Shown here one piece after another: positions 54,578 to 63,890 of a stretch of DNA of 64,000 bases (the first letter of the stretch is position 1; each line of letters starts with the position of its first letter). The stretch is from Patescibacteria group bacterium (GTDB lineage Bacteria; Patescibacteriota; Patescibacteriia; Buchananbacterales; UBA6539). The notes under the pieces are model-generated. The model was not told the DNA's origin. It did not search any database and worked only from the letters and a program-made list of their open reading frames with translations. The position numbers were made by a program, and so were the translations under genes. The stretch lies in assembly GCA_034003985.1 (NCBI GenBank), contig JAVEXP010000001.1, forward strand, positions 155,347 through 219,346. Direction: 5' to 3'.

Positions 54578-55822
54578 TTAAGGCAGGTACTCTAAGGGAT
54601 TGACTGGTATGCCGCCTAATCTGACCTCGAAATGAAGATGCGGGCCGGTGCTCAAATTACCGGAACCGGGTGTTCCAGGCATGCCGCCACTTAGAGCGAT
54701 GGCTTGACCCTTGGTGACATATTGATCCTCCTTTACCAACGGTTTGGAAACATGTCCATAGACAGTTGAAATGTCGTTATTGTGGATTAGCATGATATAA
54801 GCATAACTGGAATCGCCGGCAAATTTAACTCTGGCAACATAGCCTGATTCCGCGGCGGTGAGGGTTGTCCCCTGGTAGGCCCTGATATCAATTGCCGGAT
54901 GTTCAAAAATATAACGGAAAGGATAATCGGGATCGTGAAAGTAAGCCGATATTCCCCGACTGTGATCAAGCGGCCAGGCTAACCTGGCATCGCCGAAGTC
55001 TTTAAATCTTTCGGCTAATTCGCGTTGTTCCAGTTCAGCTCTGATTGTTTTTTCGATGCTGGATATTTCAGAGTTAGCTTGCTGTTGCTCAAGCTGAAGC
55101 TGATACTGGTAATTTTGGTATTGTTTTTGAGTTAGTCGGGCTTGAACCAACAGCATTCCTTGGGCGGTATTTCTTTCTTCCAGCTCCGATCGCTGGCTTT
55201 GGAGCTGGTCTTTAAGTTCGTTTTCCAGCTTTATTTTTCCTTCCAGGTCATTTTTTTCCTTTTCAAAATTTATCTTTTCATTTTTTAGACCGCTTAGGGC
55301 ATTTTTTAAATCATTGTGGATTTCTTCTGTGTATTTAATTTGATCAAAAAAATCAGAAAAAGAGTCATGATTGAGGACAATCTCAAGCGGACTGATTTGA
55401 TCATTTCGATGTATTAGCCTTAAATATTCTGATATTTTTGCTTTTTGATCCTTGATTCTATTTTCCAATACCTTGATTTCCAGATTAGCCGCCTGAATTG
55501 CCAGTTGGTTTTCTTCAATTCTGATATTGGTGCTTTCAATATCCAAATTAATTTTGGCAATTTGGTTATCAATAATCGAAATTTGGTTTTGCAGTCCCCT
55601 AGCCTCTTGCTGTTTAATTTTAATTTGTTCGGCATAAGCATCGATTTCTTTTTGCAAAACATCAATTTCTCGGCGTTTTTGTTCAATTTGTTGATTGAGG
55701 ATCGTGACATCTTCTTCGGCCTTGGTTGGTAAAATAAAAAAATTGGTCAACAATAAACTAACCAATAGCAGCTGGCTTAGCCGATAATATTTTTTGTATT
55801 TTTGTTTTTTATTTTGGTACAT
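54578..55822 (-). CDS. M23-family peptidoglycan DD-metalloendopeptidase with a long N-terminal coiled coil (EnvC-like).
   Basis: Heptad-rich region of about 250 aa, then an M23 LytM domain (HxxxD ... HLHFE). Confidence 0.8.
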   Translation of the reverse strand: MYQNKKQKYKKYYRLSQLLLVSLLLTNFFILPTKAEEDVTILNQQIEQKRREIDVLQKEIDAYAEQIKIKQQEARGLQNQISIIDNQIAKINLDIESTNIRIEENQLAIQAANLEIKVLENRIKDQKAKISEYLRLIHRNDQISPLEIVLNHDSFSDFFDQIKYTEEIHNDLKNALSGLKNEKINFEKEKNDLEGKIKLENELKDQLQSQRSELEERNTAQGMLLVQARLTQKQYQNYQYQLQLEQQQANSEISSIEKTIRAELEQRELAERFKDFGDARLAWPLDHSRGISAYFHDPDYPFRYIFEHPAIDIRAYQGTTLTAAESGYVARVKFAGDSSYAYIMLIHNNDISTVYGHVSKPLVKEDQYVTKGQAIALSGGMPGTPGSGNLSTGPHLHFEVRLGGIPVNPLEYLP

Positions 55823-55898
55823 GCTGAATTAATTATAATCAGAAATTTTTCCTAAAGCAATTGTTTTGAATCGTTAAAATCCATGTTTTAAATCGGCT

Positions 55899-57362
55899 TT
55901 AGCCTAAGTTGTTGCCAAGATCTTTAGCTTGGAGTTTTTCGATGGCCATTTCAATTCGATTTAGGCTTTCAGTTTTTCCCAGAATGGCGGCGACCTCAAA
56001 ATTTCCTGGACTGGCTTGGCGTCCAGTCAGGGCGACGCGCATCGGCCAAAGCATATCTCCTATGCTGTAATTATTATCTTTGATGAAGAGAGTAATGATT
56101 TTTTCCAGTGTCTCGGTTTGCCAGTCGTTGGCCGGTATTTTTTCCAGCTCAATTTTAATCAATTCCAAATTTTTCAAAGTTGCTTGGCCGGTCGATTTTT
56201 TCCAAACTAAAAGCTTGGTTTCATAATCCGGTAGCTGGAAAAAAAAGCCAGTGGCCTCAACAATCTCATTAAGGCGTTTTATCCGTTGTTGCTCGGAAGC
56301 GATAACTTTTTCAAGGTTGATTTCTTTATTTTTAACATTAATGCCGGCCTGGGAAAAATAAGGCTCACAAAGTTTTGCCAGTTGGTGTGGCGACTTGCTC
56401 CTTAAGTAGTGGCCATTGAGCCAGTCTAGTTTTTGGACATTGAATATCGCTCCTGACTTATTTATTTTATCAATCGCAAAAGTTTTTATCATTTCTTCAA
56501 GATTGAATATTTCTTGGTCGGTTCCGGGATTCCACCCCAAAAGCAGAACAAAATTAAGCAAGGCTTCCGGTAAATATCCCTTGGCTAAGTAATCTTCAAC
56601 CGCCACATCGCCTTGCCGCTTGGAAAGTTTCGTCCGGTCGGAGTTGAGCAATAACGGCAGGTGAGCAAAATTTGGTTTATCCCAGTTGAAAGCTTTGTAT
56701 AGCAATAAATGTTTGGGAGTTGACGGCAGCCACTCCTCTCCTCTGATAACATCAGTCACTTCCATATCGTGATCATCAATGACGGAAGCCAAATGATAAG
56801 TTGGAAAACCGTCTGATTTTAAAATGATCGGGTCATCCAGGAGTTTGTTGTCAAAAGTTACTTTTCCTCGAACCAGGTCAATAAATTCGGTTTGACCAGT
56901 TTTTGGCATTTTAAATCGGATGACATATTCTTGATTGTTAGTTATTTTTTCTTCAATTTCAGCTGGTGTTAAATTTCGGCAATGGCCGTCGTACATTGGT
57001 GGTAGACCTTTTTGGGTTTGAAGTTGGCGTAAATTATCTAAACGATCCTTGGAGCAGAAACAATAATAAGCTTGTGAAGCTTCAACTAATTTTTTAGCGC
57101 CAGTTTGATATTTTTCCAAGCGTTCGGATTGGAAAACAACTTTTTTATTATCGCGGTTAAGGCCAAATTTTTCCAAGGTCGTAATCAGGCTTTCGGCGGC
57201 CCCCTCAACTTTTCTGGTTTGATCGGTATCTTCAATTCTTAACAAAAAATTACCCCCGTGGTGACGGGCAAAAAGATAGCTGTATAAAGCCGTTCTTAAA
57301 CCGCCGACATGCAAAAAACCGGTGGGGCTGGGAGCAAAACGAGTGGTGATTTTTTTAGCCAT
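55899..57362 (-). CDS. gltX: Glutamyl-tRNA synthetase.
   Basis: RFAPSPTGFLHVGGLRTALY (HIGH region) and KLSKR (KMSKS-type). Confidence 0.9.
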   Translation of the reverse strand: MAKKITTRFAPSPTGFLHVGGLRTALYSYLFARHHGGNFLLRIEDTDQTRKVEGAAESLITTLEKFGLNRDNKKVVFQSERLEKYQTGAKKLVEASQAYYCFCSKDRLDNLRQLQTQKGLPPMYDGHCRNLTPAEIEEKITNNQEYVIRFKMPKTGQTEFIDLVRGKVTFDNKLLDDPIILKSDGFPTYHLASVIDDHDMEVTDVIRGEEWLPSTPKHLLLYKAFNWDKPNFAHLPLLLNSDRTKLSKRQGDVAVEDYLAKGYLPEALLNFVLLLGWNPGTDQEIFNLEEMIKTFAIDKINKSGAIFNVQKLDWLNGHYLRSKSPHQLAKLCEPYFSQAGINVKNKEINLEKVIASEQQRIKRLNEIVEATGFFFQLPDYETKLLVWKKSTGQATLKNLELIKIELEKIPANDWQTETLEKIITLFIKDNNYSIGDMLWPMRVALTGRQASPGNFEVAAILGKTESLNRIEMAIEKLQAKDLGNNLG

Positions 57363-57418
57363 AAATAATAAATTAGAGGTGAAAACCTCTGTTTAATTTT
57401 ACTATTTTTAATTAACTT

Positions 57419-57447
57419 TGACAAATAGGATGGAATCGACTAAAATA
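57419..57447 (+). promoter_or_regulatory. Consensus-like sigma70 promoter: TTGACA, 17-nt spacer, TAAAAT.
   Basis: ttgaca-aataggatggaatcgac-taaaat upstream of an AAGGAGG RBS. Confidence 0.5.
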
Positions 57448-57469
57448 AGATTTTTAAGGAGGTTTTGCC

Positions 57470-57799
57470 ATGACGATTGAACATTGGGAAATCGGCCCAA
57501 CGGCCGAAGAGGCTTGGCAGCGAGCGCTGTCTAACGGCAAAGATTGCACCTTCGTTGGTTGGACGGCCTTTGTGGCAATTATCAAGTGGTCTCAGGAGGG
57601 TCACGGTGAAGTGGTGATGGTGGAAAACGATCGGCCGGTTGAAGGCATGACTGCGTCTCAGGTAATTGAGTGGTGTCGCGATGGTCAAGTATTGCGTTTC
57701 CGGACCATTACCAAAATGGATAAACCATTTGATCATCCGTTGTGCCAACTGCTGAAAGTCGGCAAACCGGCTTTCAAGGGTGTTGCTCTCAGCGATTAG
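57470..57799 (+). CDS. GC-rich orphan hypothetical protein (109 aa).
   Basis: Strong RBS AAGGAGG. About 53% GC. The terminator-like ggggcaaccc plus T8 follows. Its 3' end overlaps the convergent tagA-like gene by about 10 nt. Confidence 0.45.
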   Translation: MTIEHWEIGPTAEEAWQRALSNGKDCTFVGWTAFVAIIKWSQEGHGEVVMVENDRPVEGMTASQVIEWCRDGQVLRFRTITKMDKPFDHPLCQLLKVGKPAFKGVALSD

Positions 57800-58547
57800 G
57801 GGCAACCCTTTTTTTTATTTGATCAATCAAGACCAACCAAGGGAAGATTACAGTAGCAGTAAAGATTCTTTTGTATCTTTGAGGTTGAAGAATTAAACGG
57901 AATAGCCATTCTAATCCGAGATTCCTTAAAATTTTTGGTGCTCGCAAAACATTGCCGGAGATGTAATCAAAGGCACCCCCAATCCCAACGGCGACTTTAA
58001 TATTTGGTAATTGATCAAGGTGATAGAAGATCCATTTTTCTTGTTTGATTTGGCCCAGGGCGACAAATAAAATGGCTGCCTGGGAATCATTAATGCGTTC
58101 AATGAGCTCATGGTCAATTTCTTTGGGGTCGGTAATATCTCCCCCGCTTTCGGCGCCGGCAACAATTAGATTGGGTAAATTTTCTTTTAACACTGTTGCA
58201 GTTTGAGCTGCAACAGTTTCGGCGGCGCCTAATAAATAAACTGAACAATTTTGTTGTTCAGCTAATTCACTGATTAACCAGACGAGGTCAACGCCGGTTA
58301 CTCGTTGCAACCGCTGGCCTAAGAGTTTGGCGATTTTAATCAATCCGACACCGTCGGCCACGGCGATATCGGCATAATTTAGGATTTCTTTAAATTCATG
58401 GTCTTGATTTGTGGCGACAATAAATTCCGGATTGGGAGTCACTAAATAATGCTGGTCATTTGAGTGCAAAAAATGGTTCACCTGTTCTAAAACTTCTTGC
58501 GGTGATAAATTATCGATTTGAACTCCCAATATATCAACCTTGTCCAT
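57789..58547 (-). CDS. WecB/TagA/CpsF-family glycosyltransferase (N-acetylmannosaminyltransferase-like).
   Basis: ILGVQIDNLS...VTPNPEFIV...ADGVGLI is the family signature. Confidence 0.8.
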   Translation of the reverse strand: MDKVDILGVQIDNLSPQEVLEQVNHFLHSNDQHYLVTPNPEFIVATNQDHEFKEILNYADIAVADGVGLIKIAKLLGQRLQRVTGVDLVWLISELAEQQNCSVYLLGAAETVAAQTATVLKENLPNLIVAGAESGGDITDPKEIDHELIERINDSQAAILFVALGQIKQEKWIFYHLDQLPNIKVAVGIGGAFDYISGNVLRAPKILRNLGLEWLFRLILQPQRYKRIFTATVIFPWLVLIDQIKKRVAPNR

Positions 58548-58559
58548 ACATTTAAATTA

Positions 58560-59123
58560 CTATTGAGATGGATTCAAAGTGAAACTTTTAATAATTTTAT
58601 ATTGCGATCCTTGGGGGTGAAGCTGGCTGTGCATCAATTCAATATGGTTGATTTTGAATTCTAGGTTTGGCGTTCTTAGATTTTGAGTCTTAAAGATTGT
58701 TTTGGTTTTGATCCGAGCCACAGTCAGATGCGGCTTCCATGGCCTGTCGTCCAGACTGATGCCGCTAGTCGTTAATTTTTTTCCGAGGGTTGCTTGTAAT
58801 TTCGTCAGTTCTGATCCAAATTTTTCTTTGACTTCAAGGATAATCGTAGTGGGATTTTTCAAATCAGGGAAAGCGTTAATTTTAGAAGTAATTAGCGACA
58901 TGGGACTATGCTGACGGCAAGTGGTCTTGATAATTTCTTCAATCAATTTAATTTCGCGTTCGTTGCGGTTGCCTAAAAAGTGTAAAGTCAGGTGTAAGCC
59001 GGCGGGTTTGACATAATGAATTGCCTGATGGGGGTTAATTTTTTTGGCTTGGGAAATAAAACCAGCTAGGATATTCTTCATTTCATCAGGTAAGCTGATG
59101 GCAATAAAAATTCGCTTGTCCAT
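58560..59123 (-). CDS. RNA 2',3'-cyclic phosphodiesterase (2H family, LigT/ThpR).
   Basis: Two H-x-T/S-x motifs (HLTLHF and HLTVAR). Start taken at MDKRIF to avoid overlapping the divergent radical-SAM gene. Confidence 0.75.
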   Translation of the reverse strand: MDKRIFIAISLPDEMKNILAGFISQAKKINPHQAIHYVKPAGLHLTLHFLGNRNEREIKLIEEIIKTTCRQHSPMSLITSKINAFPDLKNPTTIILEVKEKFGSELTKLQATLGKKLTTSGISLDDRPWKPHLTVARIKTKTIFKTQNLRTPNLEFKINHIELMHSQLHPQGSQYKIIKSFTLNPSQ

Positions 59124-59162
59124 AATTGAATTATAGCATTCAAAAATGGTATAATCAAGCCG

Positions 59163-60182
59163 ATGAAAGAAGCAAAACATTATCAAAAGTTGGCAAATAA
59201 TTTAGCGGCTTGTGGACTTTGCAATCATTTTTGCCGGATTGAAAACGGTCGGCGCGGGCTGTGCGGGGTGAGATTGAATTGTGATGGGGTGCTATATACT
59301 TTAGTGTATGATAAAGTCGTGGCGGCCAATATTGATCCGATTGAGAAAAAACCCTTGTATCATTTTTTACCAGGTTCCAAGACATTTTCAATCGCCACGG
59401 TTGGTTGTAATTTTCATTGTGACAACTGTCAGAATGCCGATATTTCCCAGCTACCCAAGGATTCCAATTGGTCGACGAAAGATTTACCCGGTTCTGCTTT
59501 GACACCGGCAGAAATTGTTGAATCAGCTTTGATGTCCGGCTGTCAAAGCATTGCTTATACTTATACCGAACCAACAATTTTTTTTGAGTTGGCCTTGGAT
59601 TGTATGAAATTGGCCAGGTCCAAGGGGCTGAAAAATGTTTGGGTTTCCAACGGGTATACCAGTACGCCAGCTTTAATACAAGCCAGAGATTATCTGGATG
59701 CTGTTAATGTCGATTTAAAATTTTTTAATCGTCAGAGCTATTTAAAAATTGCCGGGGCCAAGCTAGAACCGATTTTGGAAAATTTAAAGTGGTATAAGAC
59801 TAATGGCGTTTGGTTGGAAGTAACAACTCTAATTATCCCCTCCCTCAACGACAATCCGCAGGAGCTAAACAATATCGCCGAATTTATCAGCGGCGAATTA
59901 GGCCAAAATGTCCCTTGGCACATTTCAGTTTTTCATCCGGCTTTCAAATTATTGGATCATCCGGCCACTTCTCGTGATATAATTAATTTAGCTTGGGATA
60001 TTGGCCAGCAAGCCGGGTTGAATTATATTTATGTCGGAAACATTGAAGACCAAAATCGGAGCAACACTTATTGTCCGGGATGTAAAAGTTTGATCGTTCA
60101 GCGTACCGGGTATTTAGTTAAACGGTTTGACGAGGATGGCCAATGTCCAAAATGTCATGCGAAAATTGATTTGATATTATAA
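59163..60182 (+). CDS. AmmeMemoRadiSam-system radical SAM enzyme.
   Basis: N-terminal CxxC...C cluster (CGLCNHFCRI), the radical-SAM CNFHCDNCQN (CxxxCxxC) motif, and a C-terminal CPGC...CPKC. Confidence 0.8.
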   Translation: MKEAKHYQKLANNLAACGLCNHFCRIENGRRGLCGVRLNCDGVLYTLVYDKVVAANIDPIEKKPLYHFLPGSKTFSIATVGCNFHCDNCQNADISQLPKDSNWSTKDLPGSALTPAEIVESALMSGCQSIAYTYTEPTIFFELALDCMKLARSKGLKNVWVSNGYTSTPALIQARDYLDAVNVDLKFFNRQSYLKIAGAKLEPILENLKWYKTNGVWLEVTTLIIPSLNDNPQELNNIAEFISGELGQNVPWHISVFHPAFKLLDHPATSRDIINLAWDIGQQAGLNYIYVGNIEDQNRSNTYCPGCKSLIVQRTGYLVKRFDEDGQCPKCHAKIDLIL

Positions 60183-61520
60183 ATGAAAAAAATATTATAC
60201 CTGATTTTATTTTCTAGCTTGTTGGCCTTGCCCAATTACGCGCGGGCCGATTATTATTTTAATCCTCATTTTGTTATTACTGACGAAGAGATGACGGATT
60301 ATTTGTCCTTGTCATTGGCGCAAATCCAGCGGTTTTTGGAAGACAAAGGAAGTTATTTGGCCGAGTGGTCGGCGCCGGATTACAATGGCGTTACCAGGCC
60401 GGCGGCCGAAATCATTTGGCAGGCCGCCCAGGAGAGCCAAATTAGCCCCAAAGTACTCTTGACGACTTTGCAAAAAGAGCAAAGTTTAATCGGTGATAAA
60501 TCTCCCAGCCAAAATCAATTGGATAAAGCCATGGGCTACCGTTGCCCTGATGGCGGCTCTTGCAATGTTAAGTCTTTGGGATTTGGCAAGCAGGTTGACG
60601 GCGCGGCTTGGCAATTTCGTCAGTATTATAATACGCCAAATACCTGGACTTATCGGATTGGTGAAACCTATATCATCGACGGTTATTGGACGATGCCGGT
60701 TAATCAGGCAACGGCCAGTTTGTATAATTATACTCCTCATTATTCGGGCAATAAAAGATTTTGGGAATTGTGGCAAAAGTATTGGGGTAAAAATTATCCC
60801 GATGGGACATTGCTTAAAGCTGATGACAATCCTGGAGTTTGGTTGATTCAATACGGCACCAGAAGATTAATTAAATCTTGGGGAGTTTTGCTGTCACGAT
60901 TTGACCCTCGTAAAATTATCACCGTCAATAAGACTGATTTGGAAAAGTATGCGGTCGGTCCTGATATCAAGTTTCATAATTATTCATTATTGCGAGTTGA
61001 TAAAAATGATATCTATCTGTTGGTTAATGATGAGTTGCGCCAGATTGTGTCTTTGGATATTTTTAGGAATATCGGTTTTAATCCCGAGGAAATTGAAGAT
61101 GTTGCTTCGGCTGATTTAGCTGGTTATCAGTATGGCGCGGATATTACGGCTCAAACAGCTTATCCAACCGGAGCCTTATTGCAAGATCAAAATACTGGCG
61201 GCGTTTATTTTGTGGAAAACGGTGTCAAATATCCGATCTATTCCAAGGAAATTATGGCTGCTAATTTTCCTGATCGGGTATTGACTGCTGTTGCTCCAGA
61301 GGTGTTAGAAGGCTACCAAACTGGCGTGCCAGTAAAATTCAAGGATGGCGAATTAGTGATGGCCGATGGTGATTCAAAAGTTTTCGTAATTTCCGGCGGT
61401 TACCGTCGCTGGATTAAAACCCAGGCCGGATTTGAAAAATTAGGCTATAAGTGGGATAATATAATTGTGACTTCGGCCAAAGCAATAGCCATTCATTCCT
61501 TGGGCGAAGATATTGACTAA
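60183..61520 (+). CDS. Secreted hypothetical protein with four tandem repeats of about 55 aa.
   Basis: Signal peptide. Repeats centred on VWLIQYGTRRLIKS, IYLLVNDELRQIVS, VYFVENGVKYPIYS and VFVISGGYRRWIKT. Confidence 0.45.
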   Translation: MKKILYLILFSSLLALPNYARADYYFNPHFVITDEEMTDYLSLSLAQIQRFLEDKGSYLAEWSAPDYNGVTRPAAEIIWQAAQESQISPKVLLTTLQKEQSLIGDKSPSQNQLDKAMGYRCPDGGSCNVKSLGFGKQVDGAAWQFRQYYNTPNTWTYRIGETYIIDGYWTMPVNQATASLYNYTPHYSGNKRFWELWQKYWGKNYPDGTLLKADDNPGVWLIQYGTRRLIKSWGVLLSRFDPRKIITVNKTDLEKYAVGPDIKFHNYSLLRVDKNDIYLLVNDELRQIVSLDIFRNIGFNPEEIEDVASADLAGYQYGADITAQTAYPTGALLQDQNTGGVYFVENGVKYPIYSKEIMAANFPDRVLTAVAPEVLEGYQTGVPVKFKDGELVMADGDSKVFVISGGYRRWIKTQAGFEKLGYKWDNIIVTSAKAIAIHSLGEDID

Positions 61521-62331
61521 AATTGGGCCAAATATGCCAATTGTTTTTTCAGCGATTACGCCGCATCCGCCGATTTTGATTCCCGAAATCGGCAAAGACA
61601 ATTTAGAAAAGATCAAAAAAACTCAGGAAGCAATGAAAACTTTGGAGCAGAATCTTTATGTTGCCAAGCCCGAAAGTATTGTGATCATTTCGCCTCATGG
61701 TCAGGTTTTTGATGATTCTTTTGCCATCAATCTGAATGCCGACTACGCCGCTAATTTTAAGGAGTTTGGCGATTTTAGTTTGGAGCTTAAATTCAAAAGC
61801 GATTATATGTCAATTCAGGAAATCAGAGCAGCTGATGAGAGCCATAAAGAAGCGCCCATTGTTTTAACCAGCGAGCAAGAGATTGATTATGCTTTCTCCG
61901 TACCGCTTTATTATTTAACCCAGCATTTGAAAAATATTCCCATCATTCCCATTACTTATTCGACTTTGGACAATCAGCAGCATTTTGAGTTCGGTCAGTT
62001 TTTGTACCGTCAGCTGGCTAAGATTAATAAGCGGTTTGCAGTGATTGCCTCGGCTGATTTATCACATAAACTTACTCAAGATGCGCCTGGCGGATACTCT
62101 CCTCAGGCTCAAGAATTTGATGAGCAGGTTGTAACTTTGGTAAAGCAAAAAAAATTCGCCGAGTTTTTGAAAATTGATCCGAATTTGGTTGCTCAAGCCG
62201 GTGAAACCGACTTGCGGGCGCTGATTGTTTTAGCCGGGCTGCTTCAGGCTTTGAATGTCAAATCGGAAGTGCTATCTTACGAAGGGCCTTTTGGGGTTGG
62301 CTATCTGGTGGCCAGCTTTCAAATGGTTTAA
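61513..62331 (+). CDS. LigB-fold (class III extradiol dioxygenase / Memo-like) protein, a candidate AmmeMemoRadiSam system protein B.
   Basis: ISPHGQVF and SADLSHKL His-containing motifs are typical of the LigB/Memo fold. It lies 1.3 kb from the system's radical SAM gene. Confidence 0.5.
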   Translation: MTKIGPNMPIVFSAITPHPPILIPEIGKDNLEKIKKTQEAMKTLEQNLYVAKPESIVIISPHGQVFDDSFAINLNADYAANFKEFGDFSLELKFKSDYMSIQEIRAADESHKEAPIVLTSEQEIDYAFSVPLYYLTQHLKNIPIIPITYSTLDNQQHFEFGQFLYRQLAKINKRFAVIASADLSHKLTQDAPGGYSPQAQEFDEQVVTLVKQKKFAEFLKIDPNLVAQAGETDLRALIVLAGLLQALNVKSEVLSYEGPFGVGYLVASFQMV

Positions 62332-62356
62332 CCAGTTTGATCTAGCCATATTTTTT

Positions 62357-62650
62357 TCACCCTTGAGGGGGTGATTTTTTGTTGGAAATAGAATTTTCAA
62401 TCAGTTTGAAAAAATATTTCCATTTTTCGCCGGTTTGGCACAGTTCTTTGGTGTCATTTATTGCCTTTTGAATAATGGCGGGAGAGTTTTTTTTGCATAC
62501 TAAAAAGACGGAGTTTCTTTTAGAACCCGGAACGGCCAGTTCATCAATGATTTTTAAAGCCAAATCCTGCCAGGGGTAAGCCGGCGGTTTAATGATTTTT
62601 TTGGCATTAATAATGTCGCTGAATTTTTGAGGACCTTGGTCAGCTGGCAT
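62357..62650 (-). CDS. Hypothetical protein (97 aa).
   Basis: ORF only. AT-rich composition. Confidence 0.35.
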   Translation of the reverse strand: MPADQGPQKFSDIINAKKIIKPPAYPWQDLALKIIDELAVPGSKRNSVFLVCKKNSPAIIQKAINDTKELCQTGEKWKYFFKLIENSISNKKSPPQG

Positions 62651-62681
62651 AGTATTGATATTATACCAAATTTAATCAGAT

Positions 62682-62715
62682 TAAAAAAAATCGGCCGAAA
62701 GCGAACTTCCGGCCT
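62682..62715 (-). terminator. Intrinsic terminator of the small-membrane-protein operon: ggccggaagttcgctttcggccg followed by T8 on the minus strand.
   Basis: On the plus strand it reads aaaaaaaatcggccgaaagcgaacttccggcc. Confidence 0.55.
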
Positions 62716-62746
62716 AAGATTGCGGGATAGTATAGTGGGTCCGAGA

Positions 62747-62941
62747 TTAGTTCTCGGGATCTATCTCGATTATGGCTTGAATCAAGAGTGGCAATCCCCA
62801 AAACAGGAGGATTAGCCTTTCTTTCAGGGTCAGGCCGGCACTCATGGCCAGAGAGATATTGGCGCCGAAGTAAACCACTGCTGCAAAACCTACAACAATG
62901 GCTACCATGATCAGTAACGAGTAGACGACTATCATTGTCAT
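62747..62941 (-). CDS. Tiny membrane protein (64 aa, 2 TM), gene 4 of a GC-rich four-gene operon.
   Basis: AAGGAGG RBS. A 4-nt ATGA overlap with the upstream gene. Confidence 0.5.
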   Translation of the reverse strand: MTMIVVYSLLIMVAIVVGFAAVVYFGANISLAMSAGLTLKERLILLFWGLPLLIQAIIEIDPEN

Positions 62942-63174
62942 GGTTTTTGGTCCTCCTTTTGTTCGTTCGGATCAGGTTTTGCTGGGGTTAGAATCAAAGC
63001 CGCCAATTCAATCAGCACCAGGCTGATTTGGGAGAAAGGCAGCGAAACAATGTCGACCAACTGATCTATTGCCGACTTTCGTCGACAATGATTTCGCCGA
63101 CTTTCGAGGTGGATTCCCACCCCAATCCAGACCAGCCCGGCGAGCGCCAAGGCAGCTAACTTTGCTTCGTTCAT
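62938..63174 (-). CDS. Tiny membrane protein (78 aa, 2 TM), gene 3. Weak resemblance to MnhF/MrpF-like subunits.
   Basis: AAGGAG RBS. A 3-nt gap to the upstream gene. Confidence 0.5.
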   Translation of the reverse strand: MNEAKLAALALAGLVWIGVGIHLESRRNHCRRKSAIDQLVDIVSLPFSQISLVLIELAALILTPAKPDPNEQKEDQKP

Positions 63175-63177
63175 CGG

Positions 63178-63369
63178 TTACTCCTTGGGTTCAGTTTTGC
63201 TGAGCAGAATGGCCAGATACAACAGCAGGTAGTTAACCGGCTCCTCGTGAATTTGCCTCAGGTAAGCCCGCCAGCCGGTTTGACTGCCAAAGTGGCCGGT
63301 TAAGACAACGCCAGTTGCCAGATATAACCCGTAGATTATCCCGGCGCCAATCAGAATGTCAGTAGCCAT
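63178..63369 (-). CDS. Tiny membrane protein (63 aa, 2 TM), gene 2.
   Basis: AAGGAG RBS. Confidence 0.5.
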   Translation of the reverse strand: MATDILIGAGIIYGLYLATGVVLTGHFGSQTGWRAYLRQIHEEPVNYLLLYLAILLSKTEPKE

Positions 63370-63383
63370 GGTGGTCTTCTCCT

Positions 63384-63503
63384 TTAGGCGATATCGCCTT
63401 CACAAGGGATGCCGATGAACCATCGAAACAGCCGATACACTGAGACTGAGATTACAAATCCCAGTACGAGCGTTATTATCACGCCAGAAAGCAGTCGTTG
63501 CAT
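63384..63503 (-). CDS. Tiny membrane protein (39 aa, 1 TM), gene 1. Not in the track.
   Basis: I read the ORF manually: MQRLLSGVIITLVLGFVISVSVYRLFRWFIGIPCEGDIA. AAGGAGGGG RBS. Confidence 0.4.
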   Translation of the reverse strand: MQRLLSGVIITLVLGFVISVSVYRLFRWFIGIPCEGDIA

Positions 63504-63717
63504 GGGTTACCCCTCCTTGTCAAGTTGTTAACATTCCCGTAATTAATTAATTTTAATGGCAAGTTGCTATTTAAGTCAAGTTATCCCCAAAACCGATAGG
63601 TTTGACAGAAATATTAATCGGTTATATAATTAATTCTTCCCAATGGAATATTCCCCTAGCTTTTGGCAGGGGTTTTCGTTTTTTCTTAAAACTAACATAA
63701 TAAAATAAAAACCAACT

Positions 63718-63855
63718 ATGCCTAAAGTTTTTGATTCCCCAATCGAAGAATTAAAGTTTTATTTAACCATGCAGATTCAGGCTTATCATGAAGAGGATTT
63801 CAAACTTTACGACAGGTTGGAAAGCAAAATTTTGGAAATTGAAAAAAAATTATGA
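63718..63855 (+). CDS. Small hypothetical protein (45 aa) upstream of def.
   Basis: I read the ORF manually. No strong SD. Confidence 0.25.
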   Translation: MPKVFDSPIEELKFYLTMQIQAYHEEDFKLYDRLESKILEIEKKL

Positions 63856-63890
63856 AAAATTGTTGATTTGTGTTATAATAATTTAAAATT

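Noticed and set aside
62716-62762. tRNA-like start GCGGGAUAGUAUAGUGG followed by a CCGAG-AUUAGUU-CUCGG stem-loop.
   Set aside because: No T-arm (GGUUCGAAUCC-like) follows, and there is no acceptor 3' strand or CCA end. The hairpins belong to the terminator region of the small-membrane-protein operon.
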